From positions 32,001 through 96,000 of the forward strand of contig JBBCJC010000003.1 of assembly GCA_037189525.1 (NCBI GenBank): 64,000 nt of DNA. The letters run 5' to 3'. A model generated the notes under the pieces. The model did not search any database. It had not been told where the DNA came from and saw nothing but the letters and a program-made list of their open reading frames with translations. Both the position numbers and the translations under genes were made by a program. How positions within the stretch are numbered: the stretch's first letter is position 1; each line of letters starts with the position of its first letter. This DNA comes from Gemmatimonadales bacterium (GTDB lineage Bacteria > Gemmatimonadota > Gemmatimonadetes > Gemmatimonadales > GWC2-71-9). Positions 41,010 to 49,622 of this stretch are shown one piece after another.

Positions 41010-41319
41010 TGTGGAGAAGCGGAATCGACATCAGTGTTGAAGGTAATCCATTGTATCGGAATGACATAGCACCAAACTGTCACGGTGCTGTCCACATCCG
41101 GCCGACCCGCCGGGCCGGTCCAGGGCCCAGGGAAAAAGCGACTTTCCAGCCGTGTGGAATCCGGAGTCTTTCCACAATGACGTTTCCCGGCCCCTCGCCG
41201 GTCGGGGGCCTAAACCCGCTAGTGCCAAGGACCTCCGTAATGGTTGGGGTTTCAACAAGCTCGGCAGAATTTATGCAGGCGCTCCACAATACATACACAT
41301 AACGTCGTTATGTGGATAA
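41010..41319. promoter_or_regulatory. Cluster of DnaA-box-like 9-mers (candidate oriC or DnaA-binding locus)
   Basis: Perfect TTATCCACA on the minus strand at 41311-41319 plus about 7 near matches. Confidence 0.6.
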
Positions 41320-41368
41320 GAAGCCGGGGACTTGACTTTTCGGGGGTCCGGACGGCCCGAATAGACCT

Positions 41369-41397
41369 TTGACGGTCTTGCGGCCGCGGCCTAAATT
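41369..41397 (+). promoter_or_regulatory. Sigma70 promoter of the aldolase operon
   Basis: TTGACG-N17-TAAATT. Confidence 0.65.
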
Positions 41398-41446
41398 GCC
41401 GCGCAGATATTCCCCTTCAGAGACAACAGGATGGAGGCGTGAGGCG

Positions 41447-42868
41447 ATGACGTTGGCCGACCGACAGCAAGCTGCCGCTCCGTATGGGGGCGCCGTAACC
41501 GTGCAGGACGATGGAGTACGGGTAACCGATGAGGCCGTACTGGCGTCGTCCGCGACGGATCGGGTGGTCTGGCAGGCCGTGTTCGGGAACGCCGCGGAGC
41601 AGGAAGCTGCGCGCTGGTTGCTTTGGGAATTGGGACAGGCGGTCGGGGTCCGTGCGGCGTCGATCCACGACCTGTACCTGGCGCGGGGCCGAGGCGAATG
41701 CAGCGGCTTTACCGTGCCGGCCATCAACGTCCGGATGCTGGCCTACGACACCGCGCGGGCGGTGTTCCGCGCTGCCCAGCGGGGCCAGGCGGGCGCCATT
41801 CTGCTGGAAATTGCCCGGTCGGAAATTGCCTATACCGATCAGCGGCCGGCGGAGTATGTCGCGGTCATGATCGCGGCGGCGCTCCGCGAAGGCTATCGGT
41901 TGCCCATCTTCATTCAGGGCGACCACTGCCAGGTCAACGCCAAGAAGTATCAGGCCGATGCCGACACCGAAGTCTCGGAAGTCAAGAAGCTGATCGCCGA
42001 GGAGGTGGGCGCCGGCTTCTTCAACATCGACGTCGATACCTCGACGCTGGTCGATCTCTCGCATCCGACGCTCGATGCGCAGCAGCGGGAGAACTATGAG
42101 CGGGCCGCCGAGATCACGGCCTTCATCCGCGGCCTCGAACCGCGCGGCGTGACCGTCTCGGTTGGTGCGGAGATCGGTGAAGTCGGCCATAAGAACAGCA
42201 CGGTCGAAGAACTCGATGCGTTCATGGCCGGGTTCAACCGGGCGCTCGCGGCCCGGGGCCCGTCGCTGGCCGGCATCAGCAAGATCTCGGTCCAGACCGG
42301 GACGTCGCATGGCGGTGTGGTGCTGCCCGACGGACGGATCGCCGACGTGAAGCTCGATCTGGTCGCGCTGGAGGCGTTGTCGCGCGTGGCGCGGGATTCC
42401 TACGGCATGGCGGGCGCGGTGCAGCACGGCGCCAGCACATTGCCGGCCGACGCCTTCGGCAACTTTCCGCGGATCGAGACGGCCGAGATCCATCTCGCCA
42501 CCAATTTCCAGTCGATCGTGTTCGACCACCCCGCTTTGCCGGCGGAGTTGCGGGATCGGTCGTACGCCTGGCTCGACCAGAACGCCACCGGCGAGCGGAA
42601 AGACGGCGACACGCCGGAACAGTTCTATTATAGGGCCCGGAAGCGCGCCATCGGGCCGTTCAAGAAGGATTTCTGGTCGCTTCCGGAGGCCACCCGGTCG
42701 GCAATTGCGGCGGATCTGGAGAAGACGTTTACCTTCCTTTTCGAGCAGCTCAAGGTCAACGGAACGGCCGAGCTGGTTCGGCGGCATGTGCAGGCGGCAC
42801 CGCTCCGGCACACAGATCTGACCCGTCCGACGGTGCGGGCGGTCGACGACGCCGACGCGGGCGAATAG
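41447..42868 (+). CDS. fba: Class II fructose-bisphosphate aldolase family protein
   Basis: VPAIN, GDH, EIGEVG, GTSHGG, QHGAST; glycolytic neighbourhood. Confidence 0.85.
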   Translation: MTLADRQQAAAPYGGAVTVQDDGVRVTDEAVLASSATDRVVWQAVFGNAAEQEAARWLLWELGQAVGVRAASIHDLYLARGRGECSGFTVPAINVRMLAYDTARAVFRAAQRGQAGAILLEIARSEIAYTDQRPAEYVAVMIAAALREGYRLPIFIQGDHCQVNAKKYQADADTEVSEVKKLIAEEVGAGFFNIDVDTSTLVDLSHPTLDAQQRENYERAAEITAFIRGLEPRGVTVSVGAEIGEVGHKNSTVEELDAFMAGFNRALAARGPSLAGISKISVQTGTSHGGVVLPDGRIADVKLDLVALEALSRVARDSYGMAGAVQHGASTLPADAFGNFPRIETAEIHLATNFQSIVFDHPALPAELRDRSYAWLDQNATGERKDGDTPEQFYYRARKRAIGPFKKDFWSLPEATRSAIAADLEKTFTFLFEQLKVNGTAELVRRHVQAAPLRHTDLTRPTVRAVDDADAGE

Positions 42869-42888
42869 GCTTCGGAAGGAGGTCCGGG

Positions 42889-43365
42889 ATGGGACGGGAT
42901 GAACGTGAGGTGCTGATCGTCGAGCAGGAGCGGGGCGGTGCGCTCGGATGGGCGCTGTTCGGGGCGGCGCTCGGCGCCGGCCTGGCGTTGCTCTTTGCGC
43001 CGCGGACGGGCCGCGAGACGCGCCGGGAGTTGCGGCGCGGTTTGCGCGGGTTGCGGAACCTAGCCGACGAAACGCTCGACGAGCTGCGCAGCGGCGTGCG
43101 CGACGAAGAGAGCGATCTGCGTTCGATGGTCGACGGTGCGGGCGCCTACGACGACGAAGAGGAAGAGTACTACGAGGACGATCCCGACCTGGACGAACTC
43201 GACGTCGAGGACGAGGTCGAAGACAGCGTGGAGGAAGAAGAAGAGGAAGAGGTGACCGAGGCGTCGTCGGCACGTGACGAACTCGAGCGCCGCCTCGAAG
43301 CAGCCCGGGCCCGGCGGCGGCGCGCCGTACCGGATGATCCGGAGGAAGAGGAGCCCGTCGCCTGA
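42889..43365 (+). CDS. YtxH domain protein with an acidic tract
   Basis: GAALGAGLALLFAPRTGRETR motif; GGAGG RBS. Confidence 0.9.
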   Translation: MGRDEREVLIVEQERGGALGWALFGAALGAGLALLFAPRTGRETRRELRRGLRGLRNLADETLDELRSGVRDEESDLRSMVDGAGAYDDEEEEYYEDDPDLDELDVEDEVEDSVEEEEEEEVTEASSARDELERRLEAARARRRRAVPDDPEEEEPVA

Positions 43366-44279
43366 GCAACGGGCGTGTTCCCGGGTGGCACCGGTCGCTC
43401 GGCGGTTTCGTCCGCCGAGTGCTCCAGGCCGCCGATGAAAACCGGATTCCCTTTCTGGCGAGTGCGCTGACCTTCGACGCCATCCTCGCCGCCATTCCCC
43501 TCTTCGTGCTCGTGCTTGCCGGTTTGTCCTGGGCGGTCGGCAAGACCGGGGGCGATCCCGAACAAATCAGCCACTTCATCGAACGGTTTCTGCCACCCCA
43601 TGAAACCGAGCCCGGCTACGATCCCTTCGAGGCGGTCGAAGCGTTCCTCGCCAAGCTGGTCGTTTCGGCGCGCCAGTTGTCGATCGTCGCGGTGCCGGCC
43701 TTCCTGTGGTTCAGCACCCGCCTGTTTGCATCGGTGCGCACCGCGCTCAACGAGATCTACGACCTGTCGGTCCGCCCGGTCCATCGCCACTTCCTGCTGC
43801 AGTTCATTTTCGGAAAACTGCGGGACCTGCGGATGGTGGTCATCACCGTCCTGCTGGTGCTGGTGAATACCTTCCTGGCGGCGGCGTTTACGCTGCTGCA
43901 GGCGCGCGGGCAGGAGTGGGCGCCGGGGTTCGAGTTTTTCTTTACGACCTTTGGGCGCCTCTCCAGCGAGTTGCTCGCCTTTCTGTTCCTGGTCACCCTG
44001 TTCTTTCTGGTTTACCACTTTGCCTCGATGCGCCGGCCGCCCCTCCGGGCAACCCTCATCGCCTCCCTCTTCTCGGCGGTGTTGTTCGAAGCGGCCAAGC
44101 GCGGATTCGGTCTCTACCTCCGCAATACCATGTATGCGCAGATGTCGGTCGACGTCAACGTCGGTGCGGCGATTCTGTTCGTACTCTGGATGTACTACTC
44201 GGCGCTGGTGTTCCTCCTGGGTGGCGTGGTAGCCGAAACGTGGGAGCTCCGATACCTCCAGCGGAAGCAGCGCGCCTGA
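43362..44279 (+). CDS. YihY/BrkB family membrane protein (probable CTG start; first GTG at 43419)
   Basis: ASALTF..L.AIP, ALNEIY, LWMYYSA.VFLLGG; multiple TM helices. Confidence 0.9.
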   Translation: MSNGRVPGWHRSLGGFVRRVLQAADENRIPFLASALTFDAILAAIPLFVLVLAGLSWAVGKTGGDPEQISHFIERFLPPHETEPGYDPFEAVEAFLAKLVVSARQLSIVAVPAFLWFSTRLFASVRTALNEIYDLSVRPVHRHFLLQFIFGKLRDLRMVVITVLLVLVNTFLAAAFTLLQARGQEWAPGFEFFFTTFGRLSSELLAFLFLVTLFFLVYHFASMRRPPLRATLIASLFSAVLFEAAKRGFGLYLRNTMYAQMSVDVNVGAAILFVLWMYYSALVFLLGGVVAETWELRYLQRKQRA

Positions 44280-44575
44280 CGGGTGATTGTCGGATAAGGC
44301 GGTGGCCGAAAAGGCGGGAGCTCCGATTTCTCCAGCAGAAGCAGCGCACCTGACGAGCGATCGTTGTGTCACGCGGTGGCCGAAAAGTGTGGAAGCTTCG
44401 TTTCCTCCACGGAAATGGCGCGCCTGACGCATGCGATCACTGGGCAGCGTGGTGGCTGAGACGGGAAGCTCCGATATCCAGCGGGGCAACGCACCTGATG
44501 CGTGCGGTTGCTGAGCGGTGTGGTGGCCGAAATAGGGAAACTCCGACATCTCTAGCGGAAACGATGCTCCCGATG
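44224..44575 (+). repeat. Five degenerate ~73-bp tandem repeats; copy 1 is the yihY 3' end
   Basis: Recurring GYGGTRGCYGA..GGRAGCTYCG..TCCA..CGCRCCTGAYG near 44226, 44299, 44373, 44449 and 44520. Confidence 0.9.
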
Positions 44576-44687
44576 TCGTCGGTAGCTACGTATGTCGAAC
44601 CACGCGTGCGCTCGGCCGAAGTTTGTCCGGCGGGTCGAATGCCGGTGCGAACCGGCGCTGCTCTACTGGAAACGGCTGGAAGAAGGA

Positions 44688-44792
44688 GGAGTGCCCCAGG
44701 CACCCCGAAGCGATGCCGGAAATCGCTTAGCGCTGCTACCGGCAAGGTCCTGACGCGGTTCGCGCACCTGCACCCTTCGGACCTGGGGCGCC
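44688..44792 (-). ncRNA. ffs: Small bacterial SRP RNA (4.5S)
   Basis: GAACC..GUCAGG-ACC-loop-GGU-AGCAGC helix-8 motif, terminal stem GCCCCAGG/CCUGGGGC, adjacent to dnaX. Confidence 0.88.
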
Positions 44793-44883
44793 GGTAAAGT
44801 AGGGGGACGGCCGGGCCAGGGGAAGGGCATTTCCGGCCTCCGGACGGGATGCGGGGGCCGCCCGAATCGTCTAGATTGTCCCC

Positions 44884-46608
44884 GTGATCGCACTTGCCCG
44901 CAAGTATCGCCCGCGCCGGTTCGCCGATCTGCTCGTCCAGGACCATGTCGCCGCCGCCTTGAGTGGCGCGGTCGCCCGCAATCGGGTCGGCCACGGCTAC
45001 CTCCTGACCGGCCCTCGCGGGGTCGGAAAGACGACAGCCGCCCGTATTCTCGCCATGGCGCTCAATTGTGAGCGCCAGGACCCCGGTGCCCTCACCGGTG
45101 AGCCCTGCGGCGAATGCCCGACCTGCGAACGGATCTGGGGTGGGTCCGCCAACCTCGACGTGGTCGAGATCGACGCGGCCAGCAATCGCAGCGTGGATGA
45201 CGCCCGCGACCTCCGCGAGCGCGCCATGTATGCCGCGTCGCAGGAGAACCGCTACAAGGTCTATATCGTCGACGAAGCGCACATGCTGACGCGTGAAGCG
45301 TGGAACGCGCTCCTCAAGATCCTGGAGGAACCGCCGCCGCGGGTCGTCTTCGTCTTTGCCACCACCGAGCCGCAGAAGATTGCCAACACCGCGGCGCCGG
45401 TGCTCTCCCGGTTGCAGCGCTTCGACTTCAAACGGATCGGCGTCTCCGCCATTCGTGATCGGGTCGGCCAGGTGCTTGCTGCGGAAGGCGTGGCCGCGGA
45501 CGACGATGCGGTCACCGTGATTGCGCGCTATGCCGATGGCGGGATGCGGGACGCGCTCTCGGTGCTGGATCAGGCGCTTTCGCTCGCGGAAGGTCCGCTG
45601 ACCGCGGCGCGGGTGCGCCAGGCGCTCGGGCTGATCAGCGATGAGCTGTACGCCGATGTACTCGACGCGGTGGCGCGCAAGGATGCCGCCGCCATTTTCC
45701 CGGTCGTCGATGCGCTACTGGCGGCGGGCGCCGATCTGGTCGAGTTCGTCAATGGGATGGCGGAACTGCTGCGCGCGGTATTGATGATGGCCACCGGCGC
45801 CGAGCCGGAGGGGCTGACCGCTGCGCAGCGAGAGGTCATTGCCGCCGCCAAAGACCGGCTCGCCGCCGGCGATGTGCTGCGGATGCTGGGCCTGCTCACC
45901 CAGGCCGAGATTTCGATCCGGCGGAGCGCCAACCCGCGGCTGGTCGTCGAAACGCTGTTGCTGCGCTGGGCCTTGATGGACCGGACCGTCGACCTGGAAG
46001 CGGTGCTGCAAGGGCAGGGCGCCTCCGGGCCGTCCGAGGCCGGGCCTCCCGCCCGTAGCGCCGCGCCCTCAGCCCCGGTGGCCCGGAGCAGCGCCCCCGC
46101 TCGGCCCGCCGCTACCCGTGAAGCGCCGGCGAGTTCCCCTCCCGCTGCGCCTCCGCCGGCGCCGCGACCGGCTTCCGGGCCCGCCCTCTCGGGGCCGTTG
46201 ACCGCGGCGTCGTTGGCCGGCATCTGGCCTGAAGTGGTCGTGGCGGCCCGGCAGCGTGGTTCGCTCGCCGCGATGGTGGCGGAACACCTGACCCCGGGGG
46301 ACATTGCCGGCGACGCCCTCACGCTGGTCCTGGCGGAGGATCAGGCCCATCTCCTCGAGGGAGCCGAGCGGCAGCGGACTCAACTCGAATCGGCGCTGAC
46401 CGAAGTGGTGGGGCGACCGGTCCAAATCACCGCAATCGTGGCAGCCGGAGCAGCTACGGCGGCCCCAGTACCGGAACCGACTGCGAACCAACCTCGTAAA
46501 CGACTGTCTGAGAAAGACTTACGTAGCGCCAGACTGCGCGAGCTCCGGACCAAAGACGCAGCGTTGGATGCGGCGGCTGACGCGTTAGATTTGGAGATTG
46601 TGGACTAG
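44884..46608 (+). CDS. dnaX: DNA polymerase III subunit gamma/tau
   Basis: LARKYRP, GPRGVGKTT, zinc-binding cysteines, EIDAAS, DEAHML, EEPP. Confidence 0.98.
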   Translation: MIALARKYRPRRFADLLVQDHVAAALSGAVARNRVGHGYLLTGPRGVGKTTAARILAMALNCERQDPGALTGEPCGECPTCERIWGGSANLDVVEIDAASNRSVDDARDLRERAMYAASQENRYKVYIVDEAHMLTREAWNALLKILEEPPPRVVFVFATTEPQKIANTAAPVLSRLQRFDFKRIGVSAIRDRVGQVLAAEGVAADDDAVTVIARYADGGMRDALSVLDQALSLAEGPLTAARVRQALGLISDELYADVLDAVARKDAAAIFPVVDALLAAGADLVEFVNGMAELLRAVLMMATGAEPEGLTAAQREVIAAAKDRLAAGDVLRMLGLLTQAEISIRRSANPRLVVETLLLRWALMDRTVDLEAVLQGQGASGPSEAGPPARSAAPSAPVARSSAPARPAATREAPASSPPAAPPPAPRPASGPALSGPLTAASLAGIWPEVVVAARQRGSLAAMVAEHLTPGDIAGDALTLVLAEDQAHLLEGAERQRTQLESALTEVVGRPVQITAIVAAGAATAAPVPEPTANQPRKRLSEKDLRSARLRELRTKDAALDAAADALDLEIVD

Positions 46609-46613
46609 GTATC

Positions 46614-46922
46614 ATGGCCGATTTTCAGCAGTTATTGCAATTGAGTCAGCAGATGCAGGGCCGCCTCCAGCAGCTCCAGGCGGACCTGGCTGACCGAATC
46701 GTCGAGGCCTCGGCCGGCGGCGGTATGGTCCGTGTCACAGCCGACGGGCGCGGCATGATCCGGCAGTTGTCGATCGAGCCGGCGGCCTTCGAGGGGCGCG
46801 ACGCCGAGTTGTTGTCCGATCTGGTGCTGTCGGCGGTGGCAGAGGCGCAGCGCCGGGCGGCGGAAACGGCGCAGGCCGAAATGCGGAAGGCGCAGGGACT
46901 CCCGTCGATTCCCGGGCTGTAA
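46614..46922 (+). CDS. ybaB: YbaB/EbfC nucleoid-associated protein
   Basis: AGGGMVRV motif; dnaX-ybaB-recR synteny. Confidence 0.95.
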   Translation: MADFQQLLQLSQQMQGRLQQLQADLADRIVEASAGGGMVRVTADGRGMIRQLSIEPAAFEGRDAELLSDLVLSAVAEAQRRAAETAQAEMRKAQGLPSIPGL

Positions 46923-46925
46923 TCA

Positions 46926-47516
46926 GTGGCCGCAATCGAAGACCTGGTCGTCGAACTGGCCAAGCTGCCCGGCATCGGTCGCAAGACGGCGCAGCGACTC
47001 GCTTTTCATCTCCTGCAGCAGCCCAAAGATCGTCTGACTCGGCTCGCCGGGGCGCTGCACGCGGTGGTCGACCGGGTCAGCAGTTGCCAGGATTGCGGGA
47101 ATTATTGCGAAGGGCACCAGTGCGCGATCTGCGCTGATCCTCGCCGGGATGCGGCGGTGCTCTGCGTCGTCGAAGAACCGGCGGCGGTTACGCAGGTCGA
47201 GCGGGCAACCGGCTATCGCGGGCGTTATTTGGTGCTGGGCGGCCGTCTGTCGCCGCTCGAAGGGGTTGGTCCCGACCAGCTCCGCATTCCGTTGCTCAAG
47301 CGGCTGGTGGCCGAGGGCGCGGTTCGCGAGGTGATCCTGGCGACCAACCCGTCGCTCGAAGGGGAGGCTACCGCTACATTCATCCAGCAAGTGCTGTCCG
47401 GTACGGGCGTTCGGGTCAGTCGGCTGGCCCGGGGTTTGCCGGTTGGCGGGGATCTCGAGTACATCGACGGCATCACGCTGAGTCATGCGTTGGAGGCCCG
47501 GCAGGAGGTGTCGTGA
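46926..47516 (+). CDS. recR: Recombination mediator RecR
   Basis: LPGIGRKTAQRLA, C4 zinc finger, EVILAT..EGEAT, GLPVGGDLEY. Confidence 0.98.
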   Translation: MAAIEDLVVELAKLPGIGRKTAQRLAFHLLQQPKDRLTRLAGALHAVVDRVSSCQDCGNYCEGHQCAICADPRRDAAVLCVVEEPAAVTQVERATGYRGRYLVLGGRLSPLEGVGPDQLRIPLLKRLVAEGAVREVILATNPSLEGEATATFIQQVLSGTGVRVSRLARGLPVGGDLEYIDGITLSHALEARQEVS

Positions 47517-47785
47517 GGCCAGCACGAGCATTGACCTTGAGCGCTGCGCTGGTGGCGGGATTCGCGGGGGGATGGTATCTCGCGGGGCGTCATCTGGAAC
47601 ATCACAAGGCGGCGCTGTTCAGTCGGAATCGGATGCGGCGCATGGCCGCGTTGAGCTACCTGGCGGGTCAGCCCCGCGTGGAGACGCTTCGCGTGCTGTC
47701 CGACTACATGGCGTGGGAGCCGGTGCCGGCGCTCAGGAAGCGGGCTGCCCGGGTGCGGCGCCGTCTCGAACGCGAACTGGTCTGA
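47513..47785 (+). CDS. Small membrane-anchored hypothetical protein
   Basis: GGAGG RBS, GTGA overlap, N-terminal hydrophobic helix. Confidence 0.8.
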   Translation: MRPARALTLSAALVAGFAGGWYLAGRHLEHHKAALFSRNRMRRMAALSYLAGQPRVETLRVLSDYMAWEPVPALRKRAARVRRRLERELV

Positions 47786-47798
47786 CGGGGAGAATGGC

Positions 47799-48290
47799 TT
47801 GGTGACGAGCGCCAGTTGGTCCCTGCGCGAAGACGACGCGGCCAGGATCCGTGCGATTCTCGACGGGCTCCTGGCGGAGGCCAACGCGCGGACGGCGCTC
47901 CTGGTCGATCGCACCGGGCAGATGCTGGCCACGGCAGGTGAGCAGCCGACCTTCGATCCGGTGGCGTTTGCGTCGCTCACCGCGGCAGACTTCAGTGCCA
48001 ACGATCAGCTGGCGCGGATGCTCGGCGAGCCCGAGTTCGGGGCGCTGTTCCATCAGGGTGAAAAAGAATCCCTCTATCTCGCGGACATCGCCCGCCGGGT
48101 GATTCTGGTGATCCGGTTCGACAACCGGACGACGCTGGGTCTGGTCAAGCTGCGGGTGCGCAGCGTAGTGACCAGGCTCACGGCGCTGTTTACCGAGATG
48201 TTTGAACGGCAGAACGCCGAGTCGCCTCGCGTGGAAGCGGCGTTCCTCGGCGAAGCGGAAGACGAGATCGACAAACTTTTCGGGTCGTGA
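47799..48290 (+). CDS. mglB: Roadblock/LC7 protein MglB (GAP)
   Basis: [29 protein letters not shown]-terminal DEIDKLF helix; directly upstream of mglA. Confidence 0.92.
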   Translation: MVTSASWSLREDDAARIRAILDGLLAEANARTALLVDRTGQMLATAGEQPTFDPVAFASLTAADFSANDQLARMLGEPEFGALFHQGEKESLYLADIARRVILVIRFDNRTTLGLVKLRVRSVVTRLTALFTEMFERQNAESPRVEAAFLGEAEDEIDKLFGS

Positions 48291-48300
48291 GGCAGGGCGG

Positions 48301-48975
48301 ATGTCGCTCATCAACTATGCGTCGCGGGAAATCAACTGCAAGCTGGTCTATTACGGCCCGGGACTCGGCGGTAAGACGACCAACCTCGAGTATATCTACG
48401 AAAAGGTATCGCCGTCCTCGAAAGGGAAGATGATTTCCCTGGCGACCGAGACCGAGCGGACCCTCTTCTTCGATTTTCTCCCGGTTGACCTCGGCACCAT
48501 CCGCGGTTTCAAGACCCGGTTCCATCTCTATACCGTGCCGGGCCAGGTCTACTACAACGCCTCGCGCAAGCTGATCCTCAAGGGCGTCGATGGCGTGGTG
48601 TTCGTGGCCGACAGCCAGATCGAACGGATGGAGGCCAACGTCGAGTCGATGCAGAATCTCTACGACAATCTGCTCCAGCACGGCTACGACCTGACCAAGA
48701 TTCCCTTCGTAATCCAGTACAACAAGCGCGATCTTCCGAACGCGGCGCCGCTCGATGAGCTGCAGGAAAACCTCAATCCCGGCTGGCCGGTGGAAGACCC
48801 TGCCAAGCAGCGCACCGTGCCGAATCCCGATCGCGGCGGCGAATTTCTGGTCGAGCAGCTGGACGGGACCTGGATCGAACGGGCGCCGTATTTCGAAGCG
48901 GTGGCGGTGCGCGGCGACGGAGTCTTCGATACGCTCCGCTCGATCAGTAAACTCGTGCTGAAGACGCTGGGGTGA
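48301..48975 (+). CDS. mglA: Ras-like small GTPase MglA
   Basis: [37 protein letters not shown]. Confidence 0.96.
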   Translation: MSLINYASREINCKLVYYGPGLGGKTTNLEYIYEKVSPSSKGKMISLATETERTLFFDFLPVDLGTIRGFKTRFHLYTVPGQVYYNASRKLILKGVDGVVFVADSQIERMEANVESMQNLYDNLLQHGYDLTKIPFVIQYNKRDLPNAAPLDELQENLNPGWPVEDPAKQRTVPNPDRGGEFLVEQLDGTWIERAPYFEAVAVRGDGVFDTLRSISKLVLKTLG

Positions 48976-49616
48976 GTACCGCCAAGCAGATCTGGACACT
49001 GCCCAACCTTCTGACCGTTGGCAGGATCGCGATTACGCCGGTGATTGCGTACCTGCCGTTCATCGGCGGCTACTGGACCAAGCTACTCACCTTCGTCGTT
49101 TTTCTCGTGGCGGCCATCAGCGATGTGATCGACGGCCGGCTGGCCCGGTCGCGCAACATGGTGTCCGATCTGGGTAAGCTGCTCGATCCGCTGGCGGACA
49201 AACTGCTCCTGATCGCCACGATCGTGCCGATCTACTTCGTGGCGCAGGACCGCCGCGATCTCTACGACATTCCGCTCTGGCGGAGTATTCCGCTCTGGGT
49301 CTGCGTGATCCTGATCGGACGCGAGTTTGCCATGACGGCCTTCCGGTGGTGGGCCAAACGCCGCGGCGTCATTGTCGCTGCGCAGGGTCCAGGCAAGCTC
49401 AAGGCCGTGTTCCAGAACATCTTCGTCGGCGGCACCATCCTCTGGTTTGCGTTTCGCGACGCCTGGAATCCGCTGGCGTTGCATGAGAGCGCCTTCTGGC
49501 AGGGATGGAAGAGTTTCCACGGCCACTTCGTCTCCATCTCGCTCGCGATTGCCACGGCGCTGACCGTTTATTCGTTCATCGTCTACCTCTACCGCTACCG
49601 CCAGCTGCTCAAGTAA
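48972..49616 (+). CDS. pgsA: CDP-alcohol phosphatidyltransferase (PgsA-like)
   Basis: PNLLT, D..DGRLAR.....[10 protein letters not shown]. Confidence 0.9.
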   Translation: MSTAKQIWTLPNLLTVGRIAITPVIAYLPFIGGYWTKLLTFVVFLVAAISDVIDGRLARSRNMVSDLGKLLDPLADKLLLIATIVPIYFVAQDRRDLYDIPLWRSIPLWVCVILIGREFAMTAFRWWAKRRGVIVAAQGPGKLKAVFQNIFVGGTILWFAFRDAWNPLALHESAFWQGWKSFHGHFVSISLAIATALTVYSFIVYLYRYRQLLK

Positions 49617-49622
49617 GGTCCC

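Noticed and set aside
41291..41319. Canonical dif site
   Set aside because: The spacer between CATAA and TTATG is 5 bp, not 6, and the right arm TTATGTGGATA fits a DnaA box better than XerD; kept only as an alternative hypothesis
44224..44575. CRISPR array
   Set aside because: Repeats are ~55 bp and degenerate, linkers are only ~17-19 nt and resemble each other, the first unit is coding sequence, and no cas genes are present
44884..46608. Programmed -1 frameshift in dnaX
   Set aside because: No A-AAA-AAG or poly-A slippery site was seen
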